The notes below the pieces were generated by a model. The model did no database searches and was not told where the DNA came from. It worked only from the letters and a program-made list of their open reading frames with translations. Positions 1 through 9,114 of a stretch of DNA of 64,000 nucleotides are shown here, one piece after another. Location: assembly GCA_903864915.1 (NCBI GenBank), contig CAIPHS010000003.1, positions 5,345 to 69,344 of the forward strand, given 5' to 3'. Each line of letters starts with the position of its first letter. Within the stretch, counting starts at the first letter, position 1. The stretch is from an uncultured Candidatus Woesearchaeota archaeon. GTDB taxonomy: Archaea > Nanobdellota > Nanobdellia > UBA10117. A program made the position numbers and the translations under genes.

Positions 1-816
1 AAATCCGGGTACGGGCGCATATTTTTTCATAAAATTTGTTTGTTTTAAAACGGCCTGATTCCACATCAGTGACTGGTAAGCATGCACATATAATTTTCTA
101 ATATGCTTTGGCAATGTCCTCAACGCGCCAGCAAAATCGCCTTTGTTCTTGGTTAACCAAAACAAGACCTGCCTTTCCAAATCAAGGCCCTTGCCGTAAG
201 GCATTTTTCCAAGAATCTTCTCCCAGTCGCCCCAATTCTCTTTTGCAAAGTTTTCAAATTCCAGTTTTTCCGTTGATTCTTTATCACCGGAGAAACAAAT
301 CATTTGTTTCACAGCGTTTTCCAGATAACCTCTCAGGATTTCCTTTCCAATCAAGTGCGTATTGCCTTTGCCAAATCGTTGCTCGCCAAAGAGATTCCTA
401 AAACCGCTCTTTTTTATCTTAGAAAAATTCTTTTTTAATATTTTAATATCATCTTTGACCAAGTCCCTGATGACAATCTCAAAGTGATTTCCCCTTAATG
501 TCCCCAAAGAGATAGGGTTCTCGCCCAAACCAATCACTTCTATCGAAATATCTTTGATTTCGACTTGCTTTAGTTTTTCAGCAGGTACTTTGAAGGCGGA
601 AACAGCCTGCTTTGTAACAGCAAACTTGTCCTTTGTACCTGCAAATTTAAAACGCCTGTAAGAAACGCCACATCTTCTTGCAACCTCATTTATTGCCCGT
701 TCAGTTGTCCAGTTCCGTTTTGTGAGCCAGAAGTAAGTCTCATTTCCAGTTTTGGCTATGTTAAGGTCAATTAGCTCTTGAACTATAAAATCCTCGGGCT
801 GTTGTTTTATCTTCAT
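1..816 (-). CDS. truD: tRNA pseudouridine synthase TruD/Pus7 family, truncated by window edge
   Basis: Not in the ORF track because it runs off the window. My translation from the ATG at 816 reads MKIKQQPEDFIVQE...FKFAGTKDKFAVTKQ...NLFGEQRFG and stays open to position 1. The GTKD (catalytic Asp) and FGxQRFG motifs are TruD hallmarks. Confidence 0.8.
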   Translation of the reverse strand, partial: MKIKQQPEDFIVQELIDLNIAKTGNETYFWLTKRNWTTERAINEVARRCGVSYRRFKFAGTKDKFAVTKQAVSAFKVPAEKLKQVEIKDISIEVIGLGENPISLGTLRGNHFEIVIRDLVKDDIKILKKNFSKIKKSGFRNLFGEQRFGKGNTHLIGKEILRGYLENAVKQMICFSGDKESTEKLEFENFAKENWGDWEKILGKMPYGKGLDLERQVLFWLTKNKGDFAGALRTLPKHIRKLYVHAYQSLMWNQAVLKQTNFMKKYAPVPGF

Positions 817-819
817 AAA

Positions 820-1350
820 TTAAGCAACAGCCATGCCTTTTTTAGACTTTCTTTGGCCTTCAAACAGCTTCAATAACTTGATGTCAAAAGAAATTAGCAG
901 TTTGTCCTGATTTAACTGGCGTTCGCATATCCTTATCAAGCCAGCAACGGGCTTTTTTATCTTCCCAGTAATATCTGCTTTGCCGATTTTTAGAAGCATT
1001 TCAAGTTCTTTAAGCTGGGCTTTCAAATTAGTTTCAATTTTTTCAGTTAAAATAATTTCTCGCTTGTCATAGTTTTCAGCGACATTAACAATGGATCTTT
1101 TTTCATCAGTAATCTCTGCTTGCAAACCAGTCATACCTGCAAGAATTTCCCTTTGCTCTTCAGTCATTAAAGTGATGAGTTCTCGTATCTCATTCCTGAC
1201 TTTCTCCACTCCCAAGCCTTTTATTCTTAATAATTCGCCATGTAATTCTTCAAGAAGAACAAACTTGCTTCTATTTTCAATTTTTATTGCCCGGAATATA
1301 CTAAGTTCCCTTTCGCTTATACCAGTTTCATAGCGCAGTATGTTAAACAT
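820..1350 (-). CDS. hypothetical coiled-coil protein (176 aa)
   Basis: ORF track. Ends 4 nt before the truD start on the same strand. K/E/L-rich heptad-like sequence with no motif I recognise. Confidence 0.5.
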   Translation of the reverse strand: MFNILRYETGISERELSIFRAIKIENRSKFVLLEELHGELLRIKGLGVEKVRNEIRELITLMTEEQREILAGMTGLQAEITDEKRSIVNVAENYDKREIILTEKIETNLKAQLKELEMLLKIGKADITGKIKKPVAGLIRICERQLNQDKLLISFDIKLLKLFEGQRKSKKGMAVA

Positions 1351-1372
1351 ACCCGACGTAAGATGTCATTAA

Positions 1373-1999
1373 TTAAATAGTTTTCCTATTAGAAATATTG
1401 CGATTTTCTCGGTATGCATTCCAGACCCACCAAATCAGGAAAACGATTATTCCGGCGATAACAACGAGCTGGAACTTGTCAAACGCGGTTATAATGCTCT
1501 GCCATGCAGCCCCGAGCTTGAATCCGATATAAATGAGCAGAATGGTCCAAGGCACGATGCCTAATGTGCTGTAAAGCAGGAATTTTTTGAAAGACATTTT
1601 AGTTATGCCTGCGGGAAATGAGATTAAGGTTCTTACAACCGGTAAAAGCCTTCCGAAGAATACCGCCAACTTGCCGTGCTTGCTGAACCATAATTCAACA
1701 TGCTCGAAATGCTTGTGGTTTAGCAAAAAGTATTTGCCATACTTGAGCACGATTGGCCTGCCCCCATAATAACCCAGGGCATAAGCTAAAACTGAACCGA
1801 AAAGCTGGCCAGTAACAGCAGCTGTTACGGCGAGCCAGAAAGATATGCTGCCTGAGAATACCAAATAGCCTGCAAAAGGCAGTATGACTTCTGAGGGAAT
1901 GGGAAGTAATGCGGATTCGCCAGCTATGAGGAGAAACAAGCCCACATAACCCGCTTCTGCCATCCAAGCAGTCAGGGTTGAAGCAAGCTGAAGCACCAT
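1373..1999 (-). CDS. DedA/SNARE-associated family membrane protein
   Basis: 208 aa, multi-TM. LPIPSEVILPFAGYL and FFGRLLPVVRTLISFPAG segments are typical of the DedA family. Confidence 0.8.
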   Translation of the reverse strand: MVLQLASTLTAWMAEAGYVGLFLLIAGESALLPIPSEVILPFAGYLVFSGSISFWLAVTAAVTGQLFGSVLAYALGYYGGRPIVLKYGKYFLLNHKHFEHVELWFSKHGKLAVFFGRLLPVVRTLISFPAGITKMSFKKFLLYSTLGIVPWTILLIYIGFKLGAAWQSIITAFDKFQLVVIAGIIVFLIWWVWNAYRENRNISNRKTI

Positions 2000-2037
2000 G
2001 ACGCAAACTTTAAAAGAGCATATTTAAATCCTTGCCT

Positions 2038-2199
2038 ATGACAACGAAATCTTGCTCATCCTGCAAAAAAGCAATAGATAACGACAGGTCTGCAGTAACA
2101 TTTGCATGCCCATCCTGCGGCACTGGAATAATCAGATGCGGAACTTGCAGGAGATCTGCGGTAAAATACAAGTGCTCTTGTGGCTTTGAAGGTCCATAA
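2038..2199 (+). CDS. small double zinc-ribbon protein (53 aa), of the type found upstream of aEF-1beta
   Basis: Below the ORF-track size cutoff. My translation is MTTKSCSSCKKAIDNDRSAVTFACPSCGTGIIRCGTCRRSAVKYKCSCGFEGP, with four CxxC-type pairs. Its stop overlaps the aEF-1beta ATG by 1 nt (TAATG). Confidence 0.6.
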   Translation: MTTKSCSSCKKAIDNDRSAVTFACPSCGTGIIRCGTCRRSAVKYKCSCGFEGP

Positions 2200-2477
2200 T
2201 GGCAGACGTTATAGTTAAGCTGAAAATTATGCCGACTGGCACGGAAGTGGATTTAAGCGCACTTCAAAAAAACATCGAAGTAAAAATCAAGAAGTTCGGC
2301 GCAAAGCTCATACATTCTGTAAGCCAGGAGCCGATAGCATTTGGCCTCAAGGCATTAATTATAGTTTTCCTGATTGACGAGAAGATATCGAACCTGGAAC
2401 AGCTCGAAACTGCAATAAAAACCGACAAAAACATAGTTTCAGCGGAAGTCATTGACGTCCGAAGGGCAATCGGTTAG
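2199..2477 (+). CDS. translation elongation factor aEF-1 beta
   Basis: 92 aa. MADVIVKLKIMPTGTEVDL...QEPIAFGLKALIIVFLIDE...VSAEVIDVRR is the typical aEF-1beta pattern and size. Confidence 0.85.
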   Translation: MADVIVKLKIMPTGTEVDLSALQKNIEVKIKKFGAKLIHSVSQEPIAFGLKALIIVFLIDEKISNLEQLETAIKTDKNIVSAEVIDVRRAIG

Positions 2478-2511
2478 AAAACCTTTTACGCCTAATCAGC
2501 TATTTTTTCAC

Positions 2512-3504
2512 ATGGGTGTTGATGTAAGGGAACTTTTGATTAAGCATCCAATAAAGCTCGAGGATTTGTCAGGCAAAAAAATCGCAGTTGATGCATTCAA
2601 CAGTTTGTACCAGTTCTTGGCAATAATAAGGCAGATAGATGGCAAACCATTGACGGATTCAAAAGGAAATGTCACGTCGCATTTGTCAGGACTGTTTTAC
2701 AGGACAATAAATTTGATAGAGGCTGACATCAAGCCAGTTTTTGTTTTTGACGGCAAGGCTCCAGAAGAGAAAGCTGCAGTGCAGGAAGCAAGGGAAGTTG
2801 TAAGGGAGGCCGCCAGGGAAAAATTTGCGAAAGCGCTTGAAAAAGGTGAAATTGAAGAAGCCAAGAAATTTGCACAGCAGACTTCACGATTGACAAAAGA
2901 TATGGTCCGAGAAGCCAAGGAACTCTTGTCTGCGATGGGCTTGCCTTGGGTGCAGGCCATGGCTGAAGGCGAGGCACAGGCAGCGTTTATGTGTGGTAGA
3001 GGTGATGTCTGGGCAGTTGCATCGCAGGATTATGATGCGTTGTCATTTGCAACCCCGCGTTTAATTAGAAATCTGACCATATCTGGAAAAAGGAAAGTCA
3101 GTTCAAAATCAGTTGATATTGATATAGAACTTATTGATATGTCTGAGTGCCTGAATTTCCTAGGAATAGACATCGAGAGGTTTGTCGAGATTGCCTTGCT
3201 CATAGGAACAGATTACAATCCTGGCGGTGTGCAGGGTATAGGCCCAAAGACTGCCTTGAAAGTCATAAGAGAAGGCAAGTTCTCAGATTATTCCGGCAAG
3301 ATTCTAAATGTCAATCGATTAAAGCAGCTTTTCCTTAAGCCCCTGACTACAACAGACTATTCTTTGGAATGGAAATCTCCAAATGCGGACAAAATAAAGC
3401 AAATAATGGTTGACAGGCACGAATTTTCAGAAGAACGCATAGATTCTGCAATAAAAAGGATAAAGGACAAGACCGGTCAGGCTGGGCTTTCAGGCTTTAT
3501 TTAA
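2512..3504 (+). CDS. fen: flap endonuclease 1 (FEN-1)
   Basis: The track ORF 2452..3504 is probably over-extended; the conserved N-terminus starts at MGVDVRELL (ATG 2512). Motifs: GKKIAVDAFNSLYQFL, VFVFDG, SQDYDALSF, and H3TH GTDYNPGGVQGIGPKTALK. Confidence 0.9.
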   Translation: MGVDVRELLIKHPIKLEDLSGKKIAVDAFNSLYQFLAIIRQIDGKPLTDSKGNVTSHLSGLFYRTINLIEADIKPVFVFDGKAPEEKAAVQEAREVVREAAREKFAKALEKGEIEEAKKFAQQTSRLTKDMVREAKELLSAMGLPWVQAMAEGEAQAAFMCGRGDVWAVASQDYDALSFATPRLIRNLTISGKRKVSSKSVDIDIELIDMSECLNFLGIDIERFVEIALLIGTDYNPGGVQGIGPKTALKVIREGKFSDYSGKILNVNRLKQLFLKPLTTTDYSLEWKSPNADKIKQIMVDRHEFSEERIDSAIKRIKDKTGQAGLSGFI

Positions 3505-4215
3505 TTCTCTAACTTGCGCTATAGTCATAACCTTTGCATTTGTCTGGTTTATTTGCTCTAAAATCCAATCTAATTCTTCAGGCGTTATGTCAACATCGCT
3601 TCTTGGGTTGCTGCTAATGCTGTGTATTGCAATTACAAGCCAGCCACCTCTCAGTTCATTAACATAAGTTGTCAGCGATTTGTATTCTTCATTCTGATGA
3701 ACTAACGTCAGCCCGCAAAGTTCCCTGTCCGAAATGTTGTTTATGCAGGGTTTTGTGCTTCTTGCGGTGTCGAAATATTTCAAAGCAATATCTTTTTTTG
3801 AATCATCGCCATAAGGGAATGCAAAATTTCTAACAGATAGGTTGTTTTCCTCAAAGAAGTTTTTGCTTTCCAGGATGTCAGATTCATAGGCTTCTGCAGA
3901 AACGTTACTTGCATTGACATGGCTTGCACCATGCCCACCAATCTCGTGCCCTCTTAATTGCAAATCTTTTATTTGCTGTAAATCCATTACTGAAATGTTT
4001 TCGTAAGTCTTGCCTACAAAATCTGTCGGTATGTAGAAAGTGCCTTGCCAGCCATAATTCTCCAACGTCTTTGCGGCATCATACTGTGACGAATAACCAT
4101 CATCAAACGTGATTGAGATGTAAGTTTCTTTTTGGTTTTGTCCCAAAACCAGCAAAAGCCCGATAGCTATAAACAACCCAGCAACCACAAGAATAATCAC
4201 TCGTGACAGTTTCAT
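3490..4215 (-). CDS. membrane-anchored polysaccharide deacetylase (NodB homology domain)
   Basis: N-terminal TM helix, then ISITFDDGYSSQY and RGHEIGGHGASH, which are NodB metal-binding/catalytic motifs. Confidence 0.75.
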   Translation of the reverse strand: MKLSRVIILVVAGLFIAIGLLLVLGQNQKETYISITFDDGYSSQYDAAKTLENYGWQGTFYIPTDFVGKTYENISVMDLQQIKDLQLRGHEIGGHGASHVNASNVSAEAYESDILESKNFFEENNLSVRNFAFPYGDDSKKDIALKYFDTARSTKPCINNISDRELCGLTLVHQNEEYKSLTTYVNELRGGWLVIAIHSISSNPRSDVDITPEELDWILEQINQTNAKVMTIAQVRELNKA

Positions 4216-4217
4216 AA

Positions 4218-5360
4218 CTATGGCTTGAAAATAAACTTATTAAGCTGTTTCTTTGCCAGTTCCCTTTTCTTCTGGTGCTCTTTTAGGAATGCATTTATCT
4301 TCTCAATCGTATATTCCTTCAGCTCAGATGTCAGCATCCTGCCTGACTTATAATCATTGTAAATCTTCAGCAATTTTTTATCATCAGGCTCGAAGAAAGC
4401 CTGCAGCCACTGGTAGCAGACATCAATGTCTGGATTTCCGCCAAGCCTTCTGTGCTCTTCCAGAGAGTTTCTTCCGCCGGAGAATGCATGCTTCCTTATC
4501 TTTTCCTCAACTTCTTTGGGCGTGTCTGTAGTGTAGATTGTAGATTGCGGGACTGATGCAGACATCTTGCCATCTGCAAGCAAGCCAGTCATGAATTTCG
4601 AGTGCAGGATTGCCGGCTTGTAGAATCCTAATTTGGGATATACATCACGAGCAACTCTGAAGTGCGGATCCTGGTCAACACCCAGCGGGATCAGGCAAGG
4701 AATATTCTTGCCAGCCAGCACCGATGGAAGAATAGCAGGGACTGCTTGTATTGCGGTTATGAAAAACTGCCCGATGCTGTATGAGTCTTCAAAGCCAAAC
4801 GAGGCCTTTACCGTTGAGGCCGTTATCCTGTCCGCAATCTTGATCGCTTCATCATGCATCAGGCCTGCATGCTCTGGCAGGCTGTTTATCAAAAAGTGTG
4901 TTTTCTTCGGATCGAATCCGACAGCTATAACATCTAGCGCGTTTTCGTAGGATATTTTTTGGTAATCTTCCAGTTGGGCGTCTTGCTTTTTCCTGAAAAG
5001 GAACTTTTCATCATCTGTGAACTGGAACCAAAGTTCGGCGTCGAACTTGTCCTGTAGCCATTTTGTAAGCATCCAGGGCAGCATGTGGCCTATGTGAACT
5101 GGCCCGCTTGGCCCTCTGCCCGTGTAAAGGAAAAACTTGTTTTTCTTTTCATATTCATCAAGCAGCCATTTTAAGTCCCTGTGCGAAAAGAAGACCTTCC
5201 TTCTTAGCATAAAATGAAGCTCCTTGGTGTGTTTTTTTATGCGATTGAGTATGTCATCAGTCAGCGGCTCTGTGCCAAACTGCTTGATTAGCTTTTGATA
5301 ATCCACATTACCCGATACTTCCCAGGGTGTTACTGTAAATTCATCAGCAGCCTTAGCCAT
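4218..5360 (-). CDS. trpS: tryptophan--tRNA ligase, archaeal/eukaryotic type
   Basis: GRGPSGPVHIGH (HIGH motif) and KMSAS (KMSKS motif). Start moved to MAKAADEF (ATG 5360) because the track extension to 5435 runs into a tRNA gene. Confidence 0.9.
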   Translation of the reverse strand: MAKAADEFTVTPWEVSGNVDYQKLIKQFGTEPLTDDILNRIKKHTKELHFMLRRKVFFSHRDLKWLLDEYEKKNKFFLYTGRGPSGPVHIGHMLPWMLTKWLQDKFDAELWFQFTDDEKFLFRKKQDAQLEDYQKISYENALDVIAVGFDPKKTHFLINSLPEHAGLMHDEAIKIADRITASTVKASFGFEDSYSIGQFFITAIQAVPAILPSVLAGKNIPCLIPLGVDQDPHFRVARDVYPKLGFYKPAILHSKFMTGLLADGKMSASVPQSTIYTTDTPKEVEEKIRKHAFSGGRNSLEEHRRLGGNPDIDVCYQWLQAFFEPDDKKLLKIYNDYKSGRMLTSELKEYTIEKINAFLKEHQKKRELAKKQLNKFIFKP

Positions 5361-5396
5361 GCTTTTTACTTTAGTTTTGTCTTTATTAAGTTTAAG

Positions 5397-5500
5397 TGGG
5401 GCGACCCGGATTTGAATTTCCCAAGCCTCAGCCATCGCTGAAGCCTTCCGAGATAAGCCGCTCTGGAGGCGGCCATACTGCCGGATTATACTATCGCCCC
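5397..5500 (-). tRNA. tRNA-Trp (anticodon CCA) with a ~31-nt intron-like insertion in the T-arm; no encoded CCA
   Basis: The reverse complement gives acceptor GGGGCGA/TCGCCCC+A and a D-loop AATCCGGCA (A14, G18G19, A21). The anticodon arm is GCCGC-CTCCAGA-GCGGC. T-stem CTCGG...CCGGG flanks T-loop TTCAAAT, but 31 nt (AAGGCTTCAGCGATGGCTGAGGCTTGGGAAA) separate CTCGG from TTCAAAT. Confidence 0.75.
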
Positions 5501-5522
5501 GTAAAAAGAACCATGTTTATGA

Positions 5523-5531
5523 CTTTTTAAA
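5523..5531 (-). promoter_or_regulatory. candidate TATA box for tRNA-Trp
   Basis: On the minus strand, TTTAAAAAG ends 23 nt upstream of the tRNA 5' end. Confidence 0.4.
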
Positions 5532-5540
5532 TCCAACTAT

Positions 5541-6584
5541 TTATTTAACGAGAACATCAAAAGTGTACCTGCTGGTTCTTGGCGCATAGCTGCCAAAAAG
5601 GCGCCAGCCAGCTATTTTGGCGTCCCTGCCAGCCTTTTTGGCGACATTCAGGATGTTTTTCTTCGCTTCCTCAATAGCACTATCCTTTACAAAAAGAACA
5701 ATATGAATTGTTGAGTTTGGTGCGGCATATTTGACGGCCAGGGGCAGGAATTCCCAAGCTTTTTCCGGGAAAGGCATTATTATCCTGTCAAACCGCTCGC
5801 CAATCTTCGGTACTTCTGTTGTTACGTCCCCTAAAATCGCAGTAACGATATGCCCTGCTCTGTTTAATCGTATATTTTCCTCAGCTAGCTTGTGTGCATC
5901 TTCGTTCAATTCAACAGTCCATACCCTGCAGTTGGGCTGGTATTTTGCAATCACCAATGCATAGGGCGCAACGCCGCCAAACATTACCAGGACTTTCTCG
6001 TTTTTCTTCACCAAGTATGCAAGCCTCAACCGTTCATGCGAGGCTCTTGGGCTGAAATACACTTTTGCCAAGTCTACGTTCATCAGAACGCCATGTTCTT
6101 TGTACACGGTGTGGAGTCTTTTTTCACCAGTTATAATTCTCAAAGGCATCACTCTGAATATATCGCCGCGCTCGCCAGCTTTCCGTGCGATAACTTTTAT
6201 GCTCGGGAAAGCCCGCTTGATTGCATGCGCAATCACCAATTCATATTTCTCCAGCTTCGGCAGAATCTCCAAGATACAGATGTCGCCGACAGTATCGTAA
6301 CTTTTTATTACATACTCGATGTCTTTCTCTGAAATCAGGCCTTGCAGCATGTGTTTCAGATTTCCAGGCATGGGTGGCAAGGGCTTGAGATTCCTGTTCT
6401 CAATTGAAGATTTTTCAAACTTTTTCTTCAGAACTTTCTCATCAAATTTATCATTTAATGGCAGAAGCACATAGCGCTGTACAGACCGCCCCATTGTCAT
6501 ACCGGTTGCTAGCCAGCCTTTCTGCAGCAAAAACTCTTTTGCAGTCTGCGCAAGTTCCTTCTTAAGTCTGAGAACTTTTACCAT
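5541..6584 (-). CDS. trm5: tRNA (guanine37-N1)-methyltransferase Trm5/Taw22 family (Met_10 domain)
   Basis: 347 aa. YDTVGDICILEI..., YFSPRASHER, VLVMFGGVAPYALVIA (SAM-binding) and RIIMPFP motifs are typical of Trm5/TYW2. Confidence 0.85.
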   Translation of the reverse strand: MVKVLRLKKELAQTAKEFLLQKGWLATGMTMGRSVQRYVLLPLNDKFDEKVLKKKFEKSSIENRNLKPLPPMPGNLKHMLQGLISEKDIEYVIKSYDTVGDICILEILPKLEKYELVIAHAIKRAFPSIKVIARKAGERGDIFRVMPLRIITGEKRLHTVYKEHGVLMNVDLAKVYFSPRASHERLRLAYLVKKNEKVLVMFGGVAPYALVIAKYQPNCRVWTVELNEDAHKLAEENIRLNRAGHIVTAILGDVTTEVPKIGERFDRIIMPFPEKAWEFLPLAVKYAAPNSTIHIVLFVKDSAIEEAKKNILNVAKKAGRDAKIAGWRLFGSYAPRTSRYTFDVLVK

Positions 6585-6587
6585 TAG

Positions 6588-7994
6588 TTATCGCGATACA
6601 TTAATAGCGGCCTTCATTTGATTAAGGAAACTCAAATATCTTTGAAGCTTTTGCAAGTATTCCGTGTCTCCTGCTCTAGTTGTTTGCTCTATGCCCATTT
6701 CCTTGTTAAGCTGTGCAAATTTTGCTATGTCTTGTTTTGTTTTTTTCGGATTGATCATTCGGTCTATGTTTGCTTTCAGAGTTTCGGATTGTTTAAGAAG
6801 CTTATCTTCACTGTCCTCAGCGAGAGTGATTCTTTCACCTTCCATAAATTCGCGGATGTCAGCAGTGGTGGATTTTATTTCAACTTCTAAGGCTTCCGCA
6901 ACGACTTTCTTGATTTGTTCATGTTGCTCGTACAGTAATTTGAAATCAGAAGCAAATTTTGCCGGCGGATATCGTTGTGCTGCCTTTACAAGTCTTTGGC
7001 CACCCGCAGCCATCGCAGTTTCTATAATTGCTAGGTTTTTCAGTATCAACCTGCTTCGCTTAAGCATCTTGTTCTGCAATGGATTAAGCTGTTCTGCTAT
7101 GCGCTTTTGAACATCTCTTAATTGCTCAATTGCCGTTTCTTCCGCAGCCTCGCGTACTTCAGCAGCAGATTCACCTTTCCCAAGAGCATCTGCTTGTTGA
7201 ATCTCAATAATTGCGGTCTGCACCTGCTGGCGCATCTGTGCAGGCAACAATCTCGCTTCAGAAATCATCTCTTGAATTTCCTTTGACTCTGCAGGCAGCA
7301 ATTTTTCTTCAGTAACCGCTTCTTCTTTCTCTTCCTTTGCTTCCTCCTTTTCAAATTTTAATTCCTGACTATCAAGCTTTGCAATATGTGCGCTTGCAAC
7401 TTCCTTTTGCCTGATGATTTGCGTAATCCTTCTCAAGTATGTGAGAATATGAGTTAGTGCAGGAATATTCTGATTACCGTAAGTTGCGTTGAAGAAATAG
7501 CTGTTTTTTGCCCTGACATTGTTTACTGTTCCTAAAAATTCAGGATTCAGTAGTAGGATTGATTCCTCGCGTTCTTCATTGACTTCTGCCTGGAAATCAG
7601 TTATGGTGTCTTTCTGTTCCTCTTTCTTTTTTGTTTTAGTCTCAGCCCTTTTCTCTTTCACTTTTTCTGCGACTTTGTATCCAAGCTTGCCCATCTTCTT
7701 TACAGCGCCGATGACGCCGGCAAAGGCAAGCAAGCTATAGATGCCAGCTATTGTGCCAAGGATTGCTACGAGCCAGACATCGTGCAGATAGAATATGTCC
7801 AGTATAAATGCAAAAGCAATGAACATGCCAATAGCCCCATCTTTCTTCTCACCAATGTCTTTGTTCGCCTTGCCGGCATAAAGCATGAATAAGAAAAGTC
7901 CAAATCCCCCTATGGCTATGAACGGTATCTGACTGATGCTTGTTATCCCGGTAAGGCCGCCAAGGTTGAACATCTGTGAGTAAATGCCAGCCAT
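6588..7994 (-). CDS. membrane protein with long cytoplasmic coiled-coil region (468 aa), unknown function
   Basis: About 4 N-terminal hydrophobic helices followed by ~350 aa of K/E/Q-rich heptad sequence. Abuts trm5 with a 3-nt gap. Confidence 0.6.
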   Translation of the reverse strand: MAGIYSQMFNLGGLTGITSISQIPFIAIGGFGLFLFMLYAGKANKDIGEKKDGAIGMFIAFAFILDIFYLHDVWLVAILGTIAGIYSLLAFAGVIGAVKKMGKLGYKVAEKVKEKRAETKTKKKEEQKDTITDFQAEVNEEREESILLLNPEFLGTVNNVRAKNSYFFNATYGNQNIPALTHILTYLRRITQIIRQKEVASAHIAKLDSQELKFEKEEAKEEKEEAVTEEKLLPAESKEIQEMISEARLLPAQMRQQVQTAIIEIQQADALGKGESAAEVREAAEETAIEQLRDVQKRIAEQLNPLQNKMLKRSRLILKNLAIIETAMAAGGQRLVKAAQRYPPAKFASDFKLLYEQHEQIKKVVAEALEVEIKSTTADIREFMEGERITLAEDSEDKLLKQSETLKANIDRMINPKKTKQDIAKFAQLNKEMGIEQTTRAGDTEYLQKLQRYLSFLNQMKAAINVSR

Positions 7995-8028
7995 AAGATT
8001 TTAGAACGCATGGGGGCTTAAAAAATCT

Positions 8029-8784
8029 ATGTTGTACCTTATAGGGCTAGGATTGAGCTGGAAGGATTTGTCCATGAAGGCGCTTGAGGCGCTCAATAAC
8101 AGCGAGGAAGTATACCTCGAAACCTTTACGTCAGTTGCTGATTTCACGCCTTTGCAGCTGCAGCGGTTACTGGGGAAACCAGTCCATTTGCTAGACAGGA
8201 AGCAGGTTGAGGAGGATATGGTCTTCCTTGATGAATCTGCGATCAAAAATGTCTCGCTGCTGATTTATGGGGACCCTTTGGCAGCCACAACGCACCAGGA
8301 AATCCTGCTGCAGGCCAAGAAGAAAAACATCGTGGCAAAAGTCATCCATGCACCATCCATCTTTACAGCAATTTCTGAAACAGGTCTGAGTTTGTACAGA
8401 TTTGGAAAGACCGCATCGGTTGTAATCCAGGAAAAAGGCTTCGCACCCGAAAGCTTCTTTGATGTTTTGGTTGAAAACCAGAAAATCGATGCCCACACAT
8501 TGTTTTTATTGGATTTGAAACCGCACGAGAATAAATTCCTGAAAATCCATGAAGCCATAGAAACCTTACTGGCAATAAATGACAAGAAAAAAGAAAAGAT
8601 TTTTACAAAAGACACGTTAGTGGTCGGCTGTGCAAGGCTCGGCTCAGAAACTTCCTTGATAAAATCCGGCAAGGCATCAGAAATCATGAAAGCAGATTTC
8701 GGCAAGCCACCTTATTGCCTGGTCGTACCTTCTAAATTAAATCACAAAGAAGAAGAGTTTATTAATTCACTCACATCTAAATAA
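8029..8784 (+). CDS. dph5: diphthine synthase
   Basis: MLYLIGLGLSWKDLSMKALEALNNSEEVYLETFTS plus IYGDPLAATTH. This is the tetrapyrrole-methylase fold N-terminus typical of Dph5/DphB. Confidence 0.9.
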   Translation: MLYLIGLGLSWKDLSMKALEALNNSEEVYLETFTSVADFTPLQLQRLLGKPVHLLDRKQVEEDMVFLDESAIKNVSLLIYGDPLAATTHQEILLQAKKKNIVAKVIHAPSIFTAISETGLSLYRFGKTASVVIQEKGFAPESFFDVLVENQKIDAHTLFLLDLKPHENKFLKIHEAIETLLAINDKKKEKIFTKDTLVVGCARLGSETSLIKSGKASEIMKADFGKPPYCLVVPSKLNHKEEEFINSLTSK

Positions 8785-8787
8785 GGC

Positions 8788-9003
8788 ATGGGTATCTTTT
8801 CTAAACCGCCAGCGGAAGAAAAACGAGAGGTACAGCATAGGCTGGATTTACTAACTGCCCAATTTAAACTTCTACAAAACCTGTTAAATAAAGTATCGAT
8901 AATCAGGCCTTCTGCTATGCCGGTGATGCTTAAGGAAGTAGAAAGACTGGAAAAGGAAGTTACTAAGTTGACAAAAAAGTTTGAAAGTCTTGCAGCTGCC
9001 TGA
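8788..9003 (+). CDS. small helical protein (71 aa)
   Basis: ORF track. Starts 4 nt after the dph5 stop. The sequence is predicted helical/coiled-coil by eye and begins MGIFSKP. Confidence 0.45.
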   Translation: MGIFSKPPAEEKREVQHRLDLLTAQFKLLQNLLNKVSIIRPSAMPVMLKEVERLEKEVTKLTKKFESLAAA

Positions 9004-9083
9004 ATTTAATTCTTGTTAAGCAATTGTTTTTAGTTAGTGGCTATAATAGCTTGGATAGCGCCACCATATTGCCATTAGAAATG

Positions 9084-9091
9084 TATTTATA
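9084..9091 (+). promoter_or_regulatory. candidate TATA box
   Basis: TATTTATA ends 24 nt upstream of the ATG at 9115, consistent with a short-leader or leaderless archaeal transcript. Confidence 0.4.
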
Positions 9092-9114
9092 GTCGGCTTT
9101 CATTATTAACGAAA

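Noticed and set aside
108-401. 97-aa plus-strand ORF, and many similar 60-150-aa ORFs antisense to or out of frame with longer genes throughout the track
   Set aside because: They lie entirely inside longer ORFs that carry clear family motifs (here truD on the minus strand). Their composition is low-complexity and typical of shadow frames.
2452-2511. 20-aa N-terminal extension of the FEN-1 ORF overlapping the aEF-1beta 3' end
   Set aside because: The FEN-1 family N-terminus (MG.....L) aligns to the internal ATG at 2512, so the extension is probably not translated.
5361-5435. N-terminal 25-aa extension of the TrpRS ORF (MAEAWEIQIRVAPLKLNKDKTKVKS)
   Set aside because: It overlaps the 3' half of the tRNA-Trp gene. 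The conserved TrpRS sequence begins after the internal ATG at 5360.
9038-9070. GTGGC...GCCAC hairpin with a D-loop-like AGCTTGGATAGC in the 9003-9115 intergenic region
   Set aside because: No complete cloverleaf or other RNA-family signature could be built. It is probably just promoter-proximal sequence.
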